Source: Marsupella aquatica
Lineage: Eukaryota > Plantae > Marchantiophyta
Direction: 5' to 3'
Assembly: GCA_973895155.1 (NCBI GenBank)
Contig: OZ316893.1
Location: forward strand, 11,537,660-11,601,659
Length of the DNA stretch: 64,000 bases
The notes under the pieces are model-generated. The model was not told the DNA's origin. It did no database searches and saw only the letters and a program-made list of their open reading frames with translations. The translations under genes and the position numbers were made by a program. Positions 1 to 13,498 of this stretch are shown piece after piece (within the stretch, counting starts at the first letter, position 1; every line of letters begins with the position of its first letter).

Positions 1-294
1 TGGTCCCTGAGAAGACCTATCACGTAGCATCTCCTAAAGCAAAACGAGTATCTCATCTTGCAGTGGACCTCGTCTCTCCACCCATTCCATCCATGGTCCA
101 GAATTCCAAATTTTCCCCCGACGATTTCCAATTCCTCGAAACATGGACGAGAGTATAATCGTTCTCAGCCAGTGCCATAAAGTTGGGCAAAATGATCCCA
201 TCCATTCGGGCAGTCGACGTCTCTGCACAGGAGCCCGTCACATGTTCGCTGTAAAGGAAGTGAGAGGGAATGGCGCGGGCAGGCCAGGTTAGGG

Positions 295-462
295 CAGGGC
301 AGGAATGAAACTGACTTCCGAAAGAAAAGAGGGAGAGGAACGGAGGGGGGCCCGGGCAGGGAAGACCGGGCAGACAGGGCAGGAATGAAACTGACTTCCG
401 AAAGAAAAGAGGGAGAGGAACGGAGGGGGGCCCGGGCAGGGAAGACCGGGCAGACAGGGCAG
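295..462. repeat. 80-bp near-perfect tandem duplication (2 copies)
   Basis: aggaatgaaactgacttccgaaag...cagacagggc occurs at 301-380 and again at 381-460. Confidence 0.95.
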
Positions 463-759
463 CAGGAGAAAAAATGTGATGAATGCCACGATGGGCATTC
501 GAGCCCGATGGTGCATTCATGCCTTCATGGGCCCTGAGCCGGGCGGGCGGGTCGGCGGGCGGGCAGCCCCCACCTGCCCTGCCTGGCACCCCAACTCTAT
601 GGACCCCAAGAATTGCTACGGTAGAGTGCACGACCTATAAAATACGATCCTGTACAATACAAGGCCAGACAACCTCAAACTTTACAGTACGGCATGTAAC
701 ATGCGCTTCCCAGGCATGTAAGCTGTAAAGCATCATGGTGAAAGACCATGGAAAGAGGC

Positions 760-1225
760 CTGTTAGCCATATTGGTTATCAGTCATCAATATCAGTGAAG
801 TTTAGTGATCTTGTGAAACTTGAACATCAAATTTGTGATTGGTCTATTGAGGTGTGAAACTTTCACTTGGCTGATCTCGCTCAGCACTTGGTTGACCTTG
901 CTAAGCACTAAGTTGACTGAGAGATATGCTTAGTAGACCCTCTTATGGAAAAAGTTTGTTTAATCAATCCCCTCAATACTTTTCCCCAATCTGGACCGTT
1001 GATGGACCTTTCGATCTCAGATCTGGACCGTTGATAAACCTCAGGGGGTCAATCAAGTAACAAGTTTCATTTTGGGGGTCGATCAAACAAATACCTCCAT
1101 TGCACTCTTGACTGACCTCTCAACTCTCGGCTAACCCTTGTTGAGTAGGAAGTTCCACACACAAGTGACTGATGGGAGTGACTGATACGTGACATAGACA
1201 ACTGATAACTAATGGGGTTGCAATA
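760..1225. mobile_element. possible degenerate MITE-like element
   Basis: Imperfect inverted ends (ccatattggttatcagt near 767; actgataactaatgg at 1201-1215) and an internal duplicated atctggaccgttgat (989, 1021). No TSD seen. Confidence 0.3.
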
Positions 1226-1773
1226 CTCCCATGCAGGTGCAAAATGGAATTACACATCAAAAAACAACAGCTTACAATGTATCTAAATCAGTGATATATA
1301 AACAATCGGGTCTATAATGGGCATGAAAATTCCATGCAATGTTGGGGCCTGTGCCACATGGCACAAAACATGGCACAAAACATTATAGGTTGCAACTTTT
1401 TTATGTGCAATTGCGAGGTGTGTCCAAAGCAGTGAAAATATAGTGCAACATGTTTCATTGTGCCCCTATTCCAGATGGGTCCAATTTACGTTTGTGACAT
1501 GTGTTTCAAACAAGCCCAGGCACACCAAGTCCATTTTTTGAGTTTTGGCATCTATAGTATAGATGTTCCTGATCTGGTCACTACAGTGAGGCTATATTTA
1601 TACAGGCCTTAATTTCTCTGGGAACATTTCTGGGTAATTGTAACATGCGAGCAAACAGTAAAAAATTTACTCGCACGAGCAAAAACATTTCCTGCATGAC
1701 CCCTATTTTTCTACATGCAACTGTCTCGCTATCAACTACCTGGTTGGTAACATCCCTTTTGGGGAATCCCTTT

Positions 1774-1920
1774 TTGCTAGCGAGCTCGCTAGCAATCTGG
1801 AATCCTTAAAAAAACACCAAAAATGTAAAGGGCACCAAAAAGCAACTGAAATTTGGAACCATTATTGTCTCGCTATTAAAATCTACTCGCTATCAAAATC
1901 TACTCGCTATCAAAATCTCC
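1774..1920. repeat. 22-bp perfect palindrome plus 17-bp tandem repeat
   Basis: ttgctagcgagctcgctagcaa at 1774-1795; ctcgctat(t/c)aaaatcta x3 at ~1869-1919. Confidence 0.85.
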
Positions 1921-3057
1921 TGTTTGCTCGCAACATAGAATACCTCAACATTTCTTTTAATTCAAACTATAATTGTGAGTAAGGTCGACGGGCAGGTACA
2001 TGGGGCCCTTCCTGTTCATCCGCATGGGTATTCAAGCTACTGCCTTCAAATAGAGGGTCTACATACATTTAACGCAATGTCTATGACTGTATTTTTGTGT
2101 CACAAATAGTTGAACATATCAGCCATATCCCGCCCATATTTCTCATCCTCCTTCCTCCCTCCCTCATACCATTCTCCTTCTCGTATTGTCCTTGTATGTC
2201 CCTTTCATAGGTTTTGATGCTAATCGGATACCCAGACTCTCCGTGTCTGTCCTACTGACAAATATAGTCTAGATATTCTTACCGGATAAGTTTGGGTATA
2301 GCTTTACTATGAGAAGCTTGACTGTGAATTATAGTATAGATTTAATTAAAACTTTCTCCCTCGTACTGGGGTTGGGGGTATATTAAACCCATCCCTTGCA
2401 TTAGGGACCACAACAAAGACACAGTATGTCTGCTTTGCTGGCAATAGGTATACATCCTTCATGGCATGTGTAGTTAAATTCGATTCCCCTCTTCGGCGCA
2501 AAGGTTTCACACTAGCAAAAGGGAATCAAGACTAAGTTCTTGCGAATTGGGGCCTTTGCTTTTGGGATCATGTGTCCTGGTTAGTCGTTTTTTTGCCCTT
2601 GGACACCTTGATATAAAAAGAATGCTGCTCTTGTGCCCAATGGAATTCAGTGGGTTGGTTTTTCTAATTTACTAATTAAAACTATCCCCGCTCTGTACCT
2701 ACTTCAACACCTATATGGTACGTCAAAGAAGTGTCGGTGGACCAATGACCAATGATGTGTGCCACTTTTTTAATCGTTACCCATTTATTTCCATGTGACT
2801 TCTACGTAGTACTTAGTTCCCTTTTTCAAACAAAACAAAGTTGGAAATTCTCCCCCTGCCCCCACCCCAACCCCAAGCAATTATTGTCTATTGGGTAATG
2901 GGCCTGTCCTCTACCACACAAATGCACACAAACTTACATGGCCTGATAAATAATCCTTGGAAGTGCACCTGTTCGAGCATGCCAGCAAAGTGAGAGAATC
3001 ACTTATATGGATCTTGTACACTATGTATCTGCATTATTGAAGTAGGACAACCCATAG

Positions 3058-3115
3058 GTCAGAGTGGGCTATTGAGCTAGGCCACCGTCAGAGTGGGCTA
3101 TTGAGCTAGGCCACC
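3058..3115. repeat. 29-bp perfect tandem duplication
   Basis: gtcagagtgggctattgagctaggccacc x2. Confidence 0.95.
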
Positions 3116-3589
3116 AAGCTGAAATTTGAGTAATTTATATAAGTTACACGAAAAAACCCAAAGATTGGCAGAAAACCTGGGCTGGTTAGTGGATTATGAT
3201 ACATGGTAATCCATCTAATGAAATTTATGCCTTCCGTGGTGAATTATCCAATATCAAATTTTATGCCGCAAAATCCTAAGTCAGAACTATGAATGAAGGG
3301 TTTTCAGAGGTAGTTTTAAGCCAACTTACATCATATTGGGGGTTTTTCAATATCTGTTGTAGATGCTAGCAATAGCACATCTTTGTGTCAGTTTCTAGTG
3401 TAGATTACACACTAGTATGGTGACTTCTATTGAAGGCCCTAAAGTACTTTCTTTGAGTCTAACAAGATGCTAAAATGAAATGTAAGTCACCAACCATGTG
3501 CTCAAAACAATTCCTTGTTGTGATGTTCATGGGTTTGGGCACATCCCTGTGCACATAACAACCTCAAAAATTCATATACCCTGCATTAT

Positions 3590-6500
3590 GGCATGTAGTC
3601 GCGGAACTCGACTACCTTAACACTTAGCTCCGGCGTCGCTAACTCTGACATCGAGCTCCCTTATGGTCCAGGCCTGGATAGGCCATCCGGGGAGGACTTA
3701 GCATGGGGAGTCTTGTGGGCAATGAGACGTGGCATTGGTGAAGGCAAGGCGCCAAGCTAGTGACACACACTAAGGACTTAGACTAGCTAAGAGTTGGTCA
3801 GGTCAAGGGGAAAAGGGTCAGGCTCAAGGTCGACCTTCCGGATCCCCGGACGGACTTTGAGTTTTGAGGACTTGAGTGAGAGCTCCTCTTGGGCCCAAGG
3901 CCAATGGAGTTGACGCCATGGGCAACGGACGCTTGGGGCGCAAGTTATGACCCGATCCAGGTTTGGCCGATCGGGGGCCCCGGGAGGCAATGAGATCTGA
4001 GGGCCTAGGCATGAGCATTGGGGTCGTCCCGATCACAACGGGCTAAGGCACTCTGTTTGCGAACACCTAACTAGAAAGTTATGGGCATTGCCAGTTGGTG
4101 GCACACCTAGACATGCGGGTTGGGGTCCAGGTGGGGGGCCAAAATTTGGGGACCAAAGTTTTTCCGAGGGTGACAGGTCTCCAGAAGCATATATAAGGGG
4201 AGTGGTGTCTCCCTGGGGGCTAAGGGCGGTTGTTGCGACACTAAGGGAAAATGTCAAACGGAAACGACAATAACTTCCCAATGAGAAGTCCGTTGGAGGA
4301 CTTTTTGCGTGCGTTGGAAATCTCTCAAGGAGGGCTAGGTCCTCCTGGGCTCAGCTGGGTCTGGCGATGCCATAGGTTCTTGGGGTTGGTGGGGGCTATC
4401 TCGCCCGCTTGCCAAATCCTGTCGAAACAGCAACCAAGCCGCGTTCAGTCTCCCAAGGGAGCTTGCGTTGGGGAGGTAAGGCCAAGTAGGCATGGAGGTT
4501 GAGTTCCAAGGGCACTTGGCCCCTAGAACATCAGTGGGGCGAGAAATGGGAGTTGGTTGCTAGAGTGTCAACACCTTGCAATGGGGCTTAACTCTTCACT
4601 AGAGTTAAATCTACCACTATTGCCCCTTCTTATCGTTGTCCGGGTTCCTAGGACGAGCGAATAGCAGGACAGTAGGTCACTTTCCCTTAATCTCTCTCTT
4701 CTTCTTCACTCACACACCCAACTGGGTAATTTTACTTCCACCGCTGGAAAGATAACCTTGAAGGGTGGTTATCACTCCCTTGCTCTCCCATTGGAAAACA
4801 CTCCCAACACCCCACTCCCGATCTCAACACGGTCAGTGGACACCCACAAGCTGCCCCCGCAGACTCCTTACATAATCGTCACCCAAGAGAGTACCCTGTT
4901 TTCTTCACAAAGGACTGCAGGATTACCACTTGCTATCCCAACAAGACAAGTGCTGACCCTGATCTCATCCTCAAGCTTCAAGCTTCACCTCTCCGGTATC
5001 AAATCACACCTGAGTCCACATACATGCTCACTGGTTTGACATCTCACTAGATAGTTACTTCAAGACTGAGGGTTACACGCAAGTCTTTACTAGAGAGAAT
5101 AGAAACAAGTTCAGATCACAACACCTCCCTTGACCTTCTCCTTGCTGCCTACCTAGTGGACTCGTTCACTATTCCCCCCTTCCTAGTGCCTCAAGCTCAT
5201 GCTGCTGCTCTCCAAGGAAGAGCCCAGCCCCCAAGCTCCCAGCTCTAAGAAAGTGGACAGCTGAACAAGTGAGGAGACAGCCCCCTGCTTCTCCTCTTTA
5301 TTTGCACACCTCAGGGCTCCAAACCAAACCCACGCCAAACCAAACCAAGCCTAAGGTGCTAACTCAGGTTAGTAGTTACGGCAAACTTACTATTTTCTTG
5401 CTAAAGTTTAACCCGGGTTAAATCTCTATTTTACCACAGGTTAACTTAACTACAACCAGTACTCTGGTTTCCACACAAGACCTGAACAGCGGCAACCTCT
5501 CGGCGAGATGAGTAACCAGGGTACCCCCTTCGGTAACTCTTACAACTAACCGCGCGAGTTGTAAACTAACTGGAACACAATATTTCTCACGGTAACCACT
5601 CCAAGTTCGGCCTACAACTGAGGGTTAATACGTCACTGAGTTTCGGGTTACCACTAAGTCTCGGGTTTTGCCGCTGAGACTCGGGTTACCATAGAAGTAC
5701 AGGTCAGCTTTTACACAGTTGTAAACTTACCCGAATAGTACAACTACCGCTTGAGTTGGTTCCAACTAGAATGCTGGTATTAGCAGTTATTCTATGGCTA
5801 CTGTGCGAGTGCAAGGCCGAGCTATCTAGCAACAACTCATCGTATACCAGCACCCCTCAAGTGTTGGGCTTCATAATAGCCCGAAAACTTATTACAAATA
5901 GTGGTTTTCAAGCCTTCATGAAAACTCCTTAGCATATCCTATTGGGATAAAAAAAATGGTTTCCCGGGCCTCCATGAAGTCGAGGCACCCCTGCTGGGCC
6001 CTCCCCTGGTCTCCCTGCTAGCCTAGACCCGGCCTCAAAGTCCTTCAAACGGCTCAGAACCGATGCTGTCGCAAGTTTAAGTAGAGTTGCTACGAACTCC
6101 TTAAACGAAGAGCTAAGAACGCTCCCTTGGTATCCCGAATGAAGTCCCTAGCAAACAGCAGGTCGCAAGTTCAAGCCCAGCCACCAACTACCAGGTAATT
6201 TTTGGCAAAGACCACCCCCTTTTCCTCCTTTCGCGAAGACTACTCGCGAAATGCAATTTTTTTTCCTCCCTTCACAAGTCGCGAGCAGCGGCGAAGTGCT
6301 GCTGCTTCATGCTCTCCCTGGCAGCTACTCCATAGCTCATAAATCAGCAAGCTCACCTCCACAACATTGACTTCTATCAGCCTAGCTCCCAAGCTCTACT
6401 TCTCCATAGCTACTCAGCAGCACGAAGCTGCTCCAGCAGCTTACTGAGAAGCTCGCAGCAGTATGCTCTATCCACAATTCTCAGCATAGAAGCAACGTAG

Positions 6501-8000
6501 CTTCTCTTATTCAGCAGCAACCTTACTTAGCCAGCTCTATTTGATTTCCTTCAGCAGCACTAAGCTGCAACGAGTCAGCTCTATCCCGTAGTGTAGCTTT
6601 TCAGCCAATCTTAGCTGCAGCAGCGGCTCTCCATAGCTTAGCAGCAAAGAGCTCAACAGTAATTTCTTGATTAGAGCTTCTCCTATTAGAGCTTCGACTG
6701 ATCAGCAGCATGAAGCTCCAGCATCGAGCTTCTCATAGCACCAAACTATCCTTAGCATCAGGGCAGCATTCAATCTTCCAATAGCTTTGAGCCAGCAGTA
6801 AGGTTGCTTCCAGTCCGCAGCAGCAAGTCCAGGACAGCAGTTTCAAGTTCAAGTAGCAGCGAGTAGTAGGATCAAATTTTCTTCAGCAGCATCAAGCTTT
6901 AGTGAAGTAGGACCAGGACTTCTCAATAGCGCAACAGCCATAACGAGTTCAATGGCAGCACAACACCACTCTCTGCAGCAGCGAGTTCCCCAGCAGCGGA
7001 CTCCAACAATACAAAGCTTCAGGCAATTACCAACAATTTCCCCATTAGCAATTGCAGCGGCACGAAATTGAATCTTTTGCCACCACTAGATTGCCCGGGG
7101 GATGAGATTTTCTTATCCCAAGAGTTCCTTCCAACACCACAGAGTTTCTCTCGGTAGCTCAATTCAATTCATGCCTTACCTTCAGGCAATTTCTGTGGTT
7201 CCTCCGCTTCTCCCGAGTCAATTCACATTGTCCTTATAGAAGGATGTTCGTTTCCCTTAATTACACCCTTGAATTTCTGCTTGATTGTTGCTGCTCCTTC
7301 CTTGGCTTCTACGTAGATTGTCCCTGCATTTTGTATCCTTATGAGAAGGACTCCCATGATGACACCTGGCTCCTAGACAAACTCCCGTAGCACTACTTGC
7401 TTTGTACTCAGAACTCGCCCCTACTTCTATGGTATCCCATCTTAAGTGTACTTATAATAAAGCTCCAGTTTCATAAATCTCCAGCATTGTGCCCTGCCCT
7501 CCGTTTTGTCTGAAATTTTGCCGGTGTGTCCCTTGAACCTAAGACTATCTACTTACTGGATTTCCAGGTCTAACTCTATTTGGAGACTTTTCTATAATTC
7601 TGCAGAGTAGCCCATTTGTCACTTTCTACTTTTACTTCTTGAGATTTCCTAACCTATCCTAATTCAACTAGACTTTAACTAAGACCTTCCTAACTATCCC
7701 TACTTAATCTCCTTGACCCATTGTGCATCAGTTTACTTACTTTAACCTTACGTCTACTTCTAACTGGGGTTACTTCTAACTATAGTTAGTCCATTTTTAA
7801 CTTTAGTTAAAACTACTACCTAATTTGGCATCCGACATAGAGTCGGGTCATTCTGGTCCCGACGCGTTGGGACAAGCTTGGGACAAACTTTAGGACAAGC
7901 TATGCTATTTGGGTCATGAGCATATCCTGGGGGAAGGTGGTCAATTGGTGATGGACCCTAGGCCCTTACTCCGTGACACATATATTAATGGAACCGGCCT
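3590..8000. mobile_element. degenerate retrotransposon-like, non-coding repeat block
   Basis: No recognisable protein ORF. LTR-like composition, internally repetitive gttaac/gtaaac/gttacc tract (5380-5760) and a CAGC-rich tract (6280-7080). Boundaries and family not resolved. Confidence 0.4.
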
Positions 8001-8989
8001 GTGAACGCCCCTCCCCTCCAAACCCCTTCAGTACTATTTTTTGCCCTTTTAAAAAGCTCTTATTAGTATTAATAAATTACTTTTGGGTCATTAAGAAAGC
8101 CCTTTAGGCTATTATAATCTTCATCAAAATGACATTAAATATGCTCTTCAGGTGTTATAAAAAAAATTCTATCAAAGAGATTCTAAGTCAAACAGATTGG
8201 AATAAACATCTCACATTATCAAAAGCAAAAATAGGAACAACATATTCTTTATGTACACACTTCCTCGCAAGAAGGTAGGAGTCGAGGCATTTAAGAGTCA
8301 AACAAACTCATACAAGTATCCAAATTTAAGTTGTAAACATCCTACGCTGTCATCTATGAAAACCGTAAGTCCACATTGCACTTAAGTTTGTCCCATAGTT
8401 TGTTGAGCATATTCATCATCGTTTATAGGAAAGTTATCCTTTGAGTCTAAAGCATTGGAAAACTTATTACATTTAAACCAATTCTTTGATCACTAGAAGT
8501 GATAAATATACACCGAGGTACATAAGTGACTCTGGATTGAGACTCTCTCTCTATCACTTGTGGCATCATAGAATCCCCATCTGACGCAACACGCATTGAA
8601 CAACGGTGTCTACTTGACCTCCTCCTTCTTTGGGCGCCCTACAAGGCCATATATACCCCTACACCGTTTGATATAGAGCATCAAAGAGATCGACGGCAGA
8701 CCATTTTGGTCATCCATAAATGGTACACGAGACCCCCTAAAGGCAAAATTTCCCCTATCCCCCAAAAATTCAAATGTGTTTGCACACCCCAAACCAAGGA
8801 TGTAATGACACGTGGATGAATGAGTATTGACGTGTGGCGGCCCTATATGCTTTACCCTTACATACAACTACTCGAACCCTATTTTTTAGATCACCTTGGT
8901 TCATTATAACATGGAACCCAATAAAACAAAGGGTTGTTACATTATAAGCGATTATAACTATTATTCAAAAAAAGGATTAAAAAACCCCT

Positions 8990-9790
8990 TGAGTTGTTCG
9001 CACGGGGGGTCCCATATTAGTTAAGCTAAGGGCCCAGGGGTGATGGATAGGTACGAGGGGGAACCTGGGCTGCGCCCAAGGAAGGAGTTGTTCTGGACGA
9101 ACAGTGCGAGTTGGTTCTAGTTCCGGCTTATGGCATCAGGAGGACCTATTGTTGACCTACTTAACAATGTCTGTTGAGCTTGAGTTAGGATGCTAGACTT
9201 GTGAAGGAAAGCTCTTAGTCTTGTGACTCAAAGGTTACGGCATTTAGACTAACCACAATTAGGGTCTTAACTGGGGTTAGGTTAGTCGTGTGTGACCTTG
9301 TATATACGAGGGCTAGTGTAAGCCGATGGTGTGTGGTGCTTACTCATTGTAACGGAGCAACTTGAGGAAGAGGGAGAGCATGTGTGTTTGTCTACTCTTG
9401 AAGTAAAGCTTGAGTGTTCGTGTGGACGTAGCCTTAGAGAAGAGGTGAACCATGTAGAGATTGTGTCGACTACGTGTGCATGGAATGAGTAATGATTGGA
9501 TCGTCATTCATGAAGAAAGACGTCATATATCAACAAGACTTGGGAGATCTAGATCCTAAGAGGTTACTTACCGAGATGCTTGGTTACTTGTGCAAACAAT
9601 GAGGACCGTAGAGCAGCAGTCGTGTCAGAGAGCAAGAGCGACTTCGTATGGGAGGGGCCGCAGGCGGTGCATGGGGCATCGAGTGGCTTGCTCGAGGTAT
9701 TCCATGGAGGCGTTCGGGCACCAAGGGCACTTAGACATGGGTGCTGGGATTGGTGAGGGCGTTGGGTGACAAGGTCCACCACTCATGTCA
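8990..9790 (+). mobile_element. LTR-like fragment, related to the copy at ~34050-34300
   Basis: Contains a TATA-like tatatacg, ctcattgtaacggagcaacttgag and gtggacgtagcc...ggtgaaccatgt, a motif typical of plant LTRs. The same motifs recur, diverged, at 34120-34255. Confidence 0.5.
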
Positions 9791-10254
9791 ATGAAAATAT
9801 GTTATTCTTCCATTTATAGATGTATTTGTAGACAATGTGAAGTTCTTCTAATCATTAGAAAAACGAATATTTTCATTAAGTTGGGAGACGCACTACACTA
9901 TACCCATGACTCACTTCAGATTTTCTTTCAAAACCAAACAAATACATAAATTGTCTCATTGAACCTAGAATAAACATACTTTGGAGAAGATTATGTCCTT
10001 TGACCTTCAATTGCTACTAGTCATATAAAAGGCAGAAACTCCAAAGCTAGGGCAGTTCATTGTCTACAGAGGGTGCCTAGCCTTAGCTGGGCTGCCAAGT
10101 CCTAGTTACAACCCGTTGGAAGTGACATATCACATGTGACAAAGTATAGGACCATTTAAATGATTTTGGCAAAAGACTTATTAAATCTTCAATAGAAATA
10201 GAGGGTTATTTAATTGCAAATTGCACACATGTCATCATGTGATTTATGTCATCA

Positions 10255-10286
10255 GGTTTAGGGTTTAACCCTAAACCCTAAACCCC
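10255..10286. repeat. short head-to-head interstitial telomere-like motif (TTTAGGG/CCCTAAA)
   Basis: ggtttagggtttaaccctaaaccctaaacccc. Confidence 0.6.
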
Positions 10287-13101
10287 GAGGCAAGCCCAAG
10301 CCAGAGCCTCACTAATGTGTTTGTTAGTATGTGTGTAAGTGAGTGCCTTTGTGTACGTTCATGTGCATTCGTGAGGGTTTGTGATCTATTCATGCAGAAT
10401 AGAAAAACCACCTGAATCCCAGATTCTCTTTTGTCATGTGGTCAGTGTATGCATCATTGCATCCTCCAATGCACCATAAGTTGGAGCATCTTGCAGGTGC
10501 TTGGGGTTGCAACCGCCGGTTCCTCTCTCTTTGGATTCAGGTTGGAAAACTCGTTTTATTAAAACCCCTTTGGTCACACTCGTAGATGTTGCCGGCCTGC
10601 TTGTTTCCATTTAGGTGACACAAGAGAGGTATAAGAAACTTATCTCCAATTTCTCCAAGGGTAGCTTTTTTGTGTACAAATGACTTTGGTGAACCCCACT
10701 TTGGGGATTTGTGCAAAAAGTTGGTTGATTAATTTGGAATCGAACATGCCACAATGAAAATTGCTATCGCCTGGTTATGCTGACTAGGAGGACTAGTGTT
10801 TGGCAAAATGTACATTTATGCCTACCGTTGCACACTAGTAGCATAAACACACACTTATGTCGTCACCGGTTTGTGAATAATGAGAAACTTACAATGTATG
10901 GTGAAACCCAATATATGAAATTCTCATTAACACTCGTCTTTTTGGGGACACCTCACGTCTTTGGGGCTAACATAGGGATCTGCAAAGGTTTAGGGCCAAC
11001 ATATTTTATAGTGGGCAAAACTTTGCTAGATTCCACCTCTCCAAAAACTTTAGTCACTTTTGGCAAATTGGCTAAGTTTTCTGTTTCCTATGAGCTGGTT
11101 TCTCACCTAGCCACATACCCCATTAGCCAGCCAGAGTATAACTACCATCCCTAAATCTAGGGAGATCTCACTCTCCCCGCCCCGGTGGAAGAGGAAGTTC
11201 GGCTAAAATAAAATAATTGCAGAAAATCATCATAAAATAATTGCAGAAAATCAGACAAGAAAGGTCCCTAGCTTGACCTCCACTAGTTGAAAATAATTCC
11301 AGAAATTCAGATAAGTAATATTCTGGACAAAGAAAAAACAAAGCTGGTTAGCCCCCCTCCCCCAAAAACCAAAACTCATTATCCCTACCGTCAGCTTCGC
11401 TCAGTTCCCGTGCCCTGCCAATGTCGATCGAACGACAGGGGGAAAGCCACGTGTTCCTCGCCCTGCACTCCGACACTACGCACACACGCTCGGGTACGAG
11501 TCTGCCCGAACAACGCACGAACCAATGCAAAACAAAACAACGACAGTAAGTACTCGCCTGCTCTTATACAGCGCCATCCCCAGATCCTGTTTCTCCGTGT
11601 AGCCAGCGCCGGTATAACCGCACTGTAACTCTCTGTAAGTTACAGTGCGGCATCGTCTAGCCGTTGCCGGCTCCACTACGTGCCAATAGGGCTCTGTCCT
11701 TAGTGCAGGGCCGTCTGCCCCTCCAGTTCCCCTGACGTACCGTGTGCTCTTTCCTTTCCTGGCAGCGGCTGCATTGGATGCATTCGCCTCTCTCTAAGCA
11801 CACACTCCATAAGTGCAAAAACTGGTTTAGCGCGAGGAGTTCTTTCCCTTTTATAGTTTTATTTGACACGGAGTGCATGTTTTGTGCATCCTACTAACAG
11901 TTTGGGATGGAAAGCTACTTTGAAGGCTTATTGTCTAGAGTGAATCCTCTAGACCCTGAACTTGTCAAGCATAATTGAAAGTGAAGGTGGAGACAAAAAC
12001 AGAGAGGGGAGAGATGAACAGGAACTAAAGGCAGACCAAGGGGGAGAGTAAAAAAGACACAATGATTCTATTTTTCCAAAGTACTTTTTTGTCCTCACCT
12101 TTATTCCTGTCCAAGGAACAAGTAATCAGGCTAGTATTTTCTAAGCACACACAGGCCTGGAATCACTGTGCTAAACAACAAGTTTACAAGTACAATCCCT
12201 TGAGAAGTGTTTATCTGCACCTATTAGTCAATCCCATATAATTGTATGATAAATGCACGTCCATTCTCAGTAGAGTAAAAAACATGCCCTTCTAGAGTTG
12301 GGCACCAAATTTAGGGCAAGGATGTACAATTTGTATTACTAGGCGCAAGAGTGCTCTCCCATTTGCACATGCTAGCACTATTTAGGAAAAATTGGACAGA
12401 GGCTGTTGTCATCTTGGAGTAAACTTTGTTTTCAAAGATTTTTGTGTCATCTGGGTACATCACAGCATTTACAGTGTGCATGTGCTGTTTTTGAGTCCCT
12501 CTTATTATTCATTCACTTTGCAGTGTTCAATCTGCCATGGCCCCCACAACCTAGTATCAATTCCCTGTAAACCACAAATGCGAATCATACTCACTTATCC
12601 ATAAGTGCGAAATTTAGGGCATTTGCACTTATCAAAGAAAGCAACACTTGGATGCCATGGCTGTAATCCCCTTGGGGCGGCACGTCCGTCTGCCCGAGAG
12701 TGTTCGCTTAGAGAGGGTTAGATGTAAATTTATGAGCGGTGATGTATGTATGTATGCCGGCGCTAAAGCTTAACCGTTCACTGATTGGCCATCGCGATCC
12801 CCCCCGCTCGTAAGATCGGGCCGATATTAAGTTTATTCTTTCCGTAGTGTCGTTCTCGCTCAGCTCCTGCCCGCGGGCTAAATAATAAAAGTTCTTCACG
12901 GCTGCCGTCTGGGCTCCCCGTGTACCGTACTCTGTGCCGTCGACGGTTGCTTTTGCCTGCTCGGCAAAGACGGGGCAGATGGACGGCGAATGGACGGAAA
13001 AGTGGACGGAGTGGCGGACGAACCGTCGCTCCGTCGGTCCGGCCCTTTCCCGAACTCTTTGGGGGGAATGGAGTCTTTCTTCTTCTGGCGAAGAATGAAC
13101 G

Positions 13102-13445
13102 CTCTCTCTGTGTGCGTGTGTGTGTGTGTGTGGGTGTGTTTGTTTATCTTGCTCCTCATTCCTCGACTCGACGGAGGGCGCTCCAGCTTGAAGTTCATTG
13201 TAGGCTTCATCGCTGGTGTAGCAGTCTCTTCAATTCTCCTCTAGCTCCCCGATCCACGCGATTCGGATCTGAATCCCCCATCAACCGAATTTGAAGGTTG
13301 AAGCAGCGATTCTACGGGGGAATTACTCATCTTCTCATCTGCGAATCTGCTTTTGGACTTGACTGGAGTGGTGTGGTGTGGTGTGGAGTTGAGTGGTGTG
13401 GAGTTGAGTAGAGTTGAGTTGAGTGGATTGGATTGGATTGGATTG
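13102..13445 (+). repeat. microsatellites in the tubulin 5' region: (CT)/(GT)n, then graded pentamers GTGTG/GAGTT/GGATT
   Basis: (CT)n/(GT)n at ~13102-13138; pentamer array at ~13366-13445. Confidence 0.9.
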
Positions 13446-13498
13446 AAACGAATCGGAAGGCTTTGAAAGGTTTGGGTCGACGTTGAATTCGAGGGAAG

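Noticed and set aside
1-631. ORFs 53-631, 289-516, 483-728 and a possible minus-strand exon below 248
   Set aside because: The ORFs run through the GC-rich 80-bp duplication and resemble no family I recognise. A pyrimidine-CAG acceptor exists, but all three frames stop within the window.
3787-5039. Short ORFs as gag/pol remnants
   Set aside because: No zinc knuckle, protease, RT, RNase H or integrase motifs seen.
10615-10640. PBS after a putative LTR end (gtgacaca-agagaggtataagaaac)
   Set aside because: Too many mismatches to TGGTATCAGAGC, and no partner LTR was identified.
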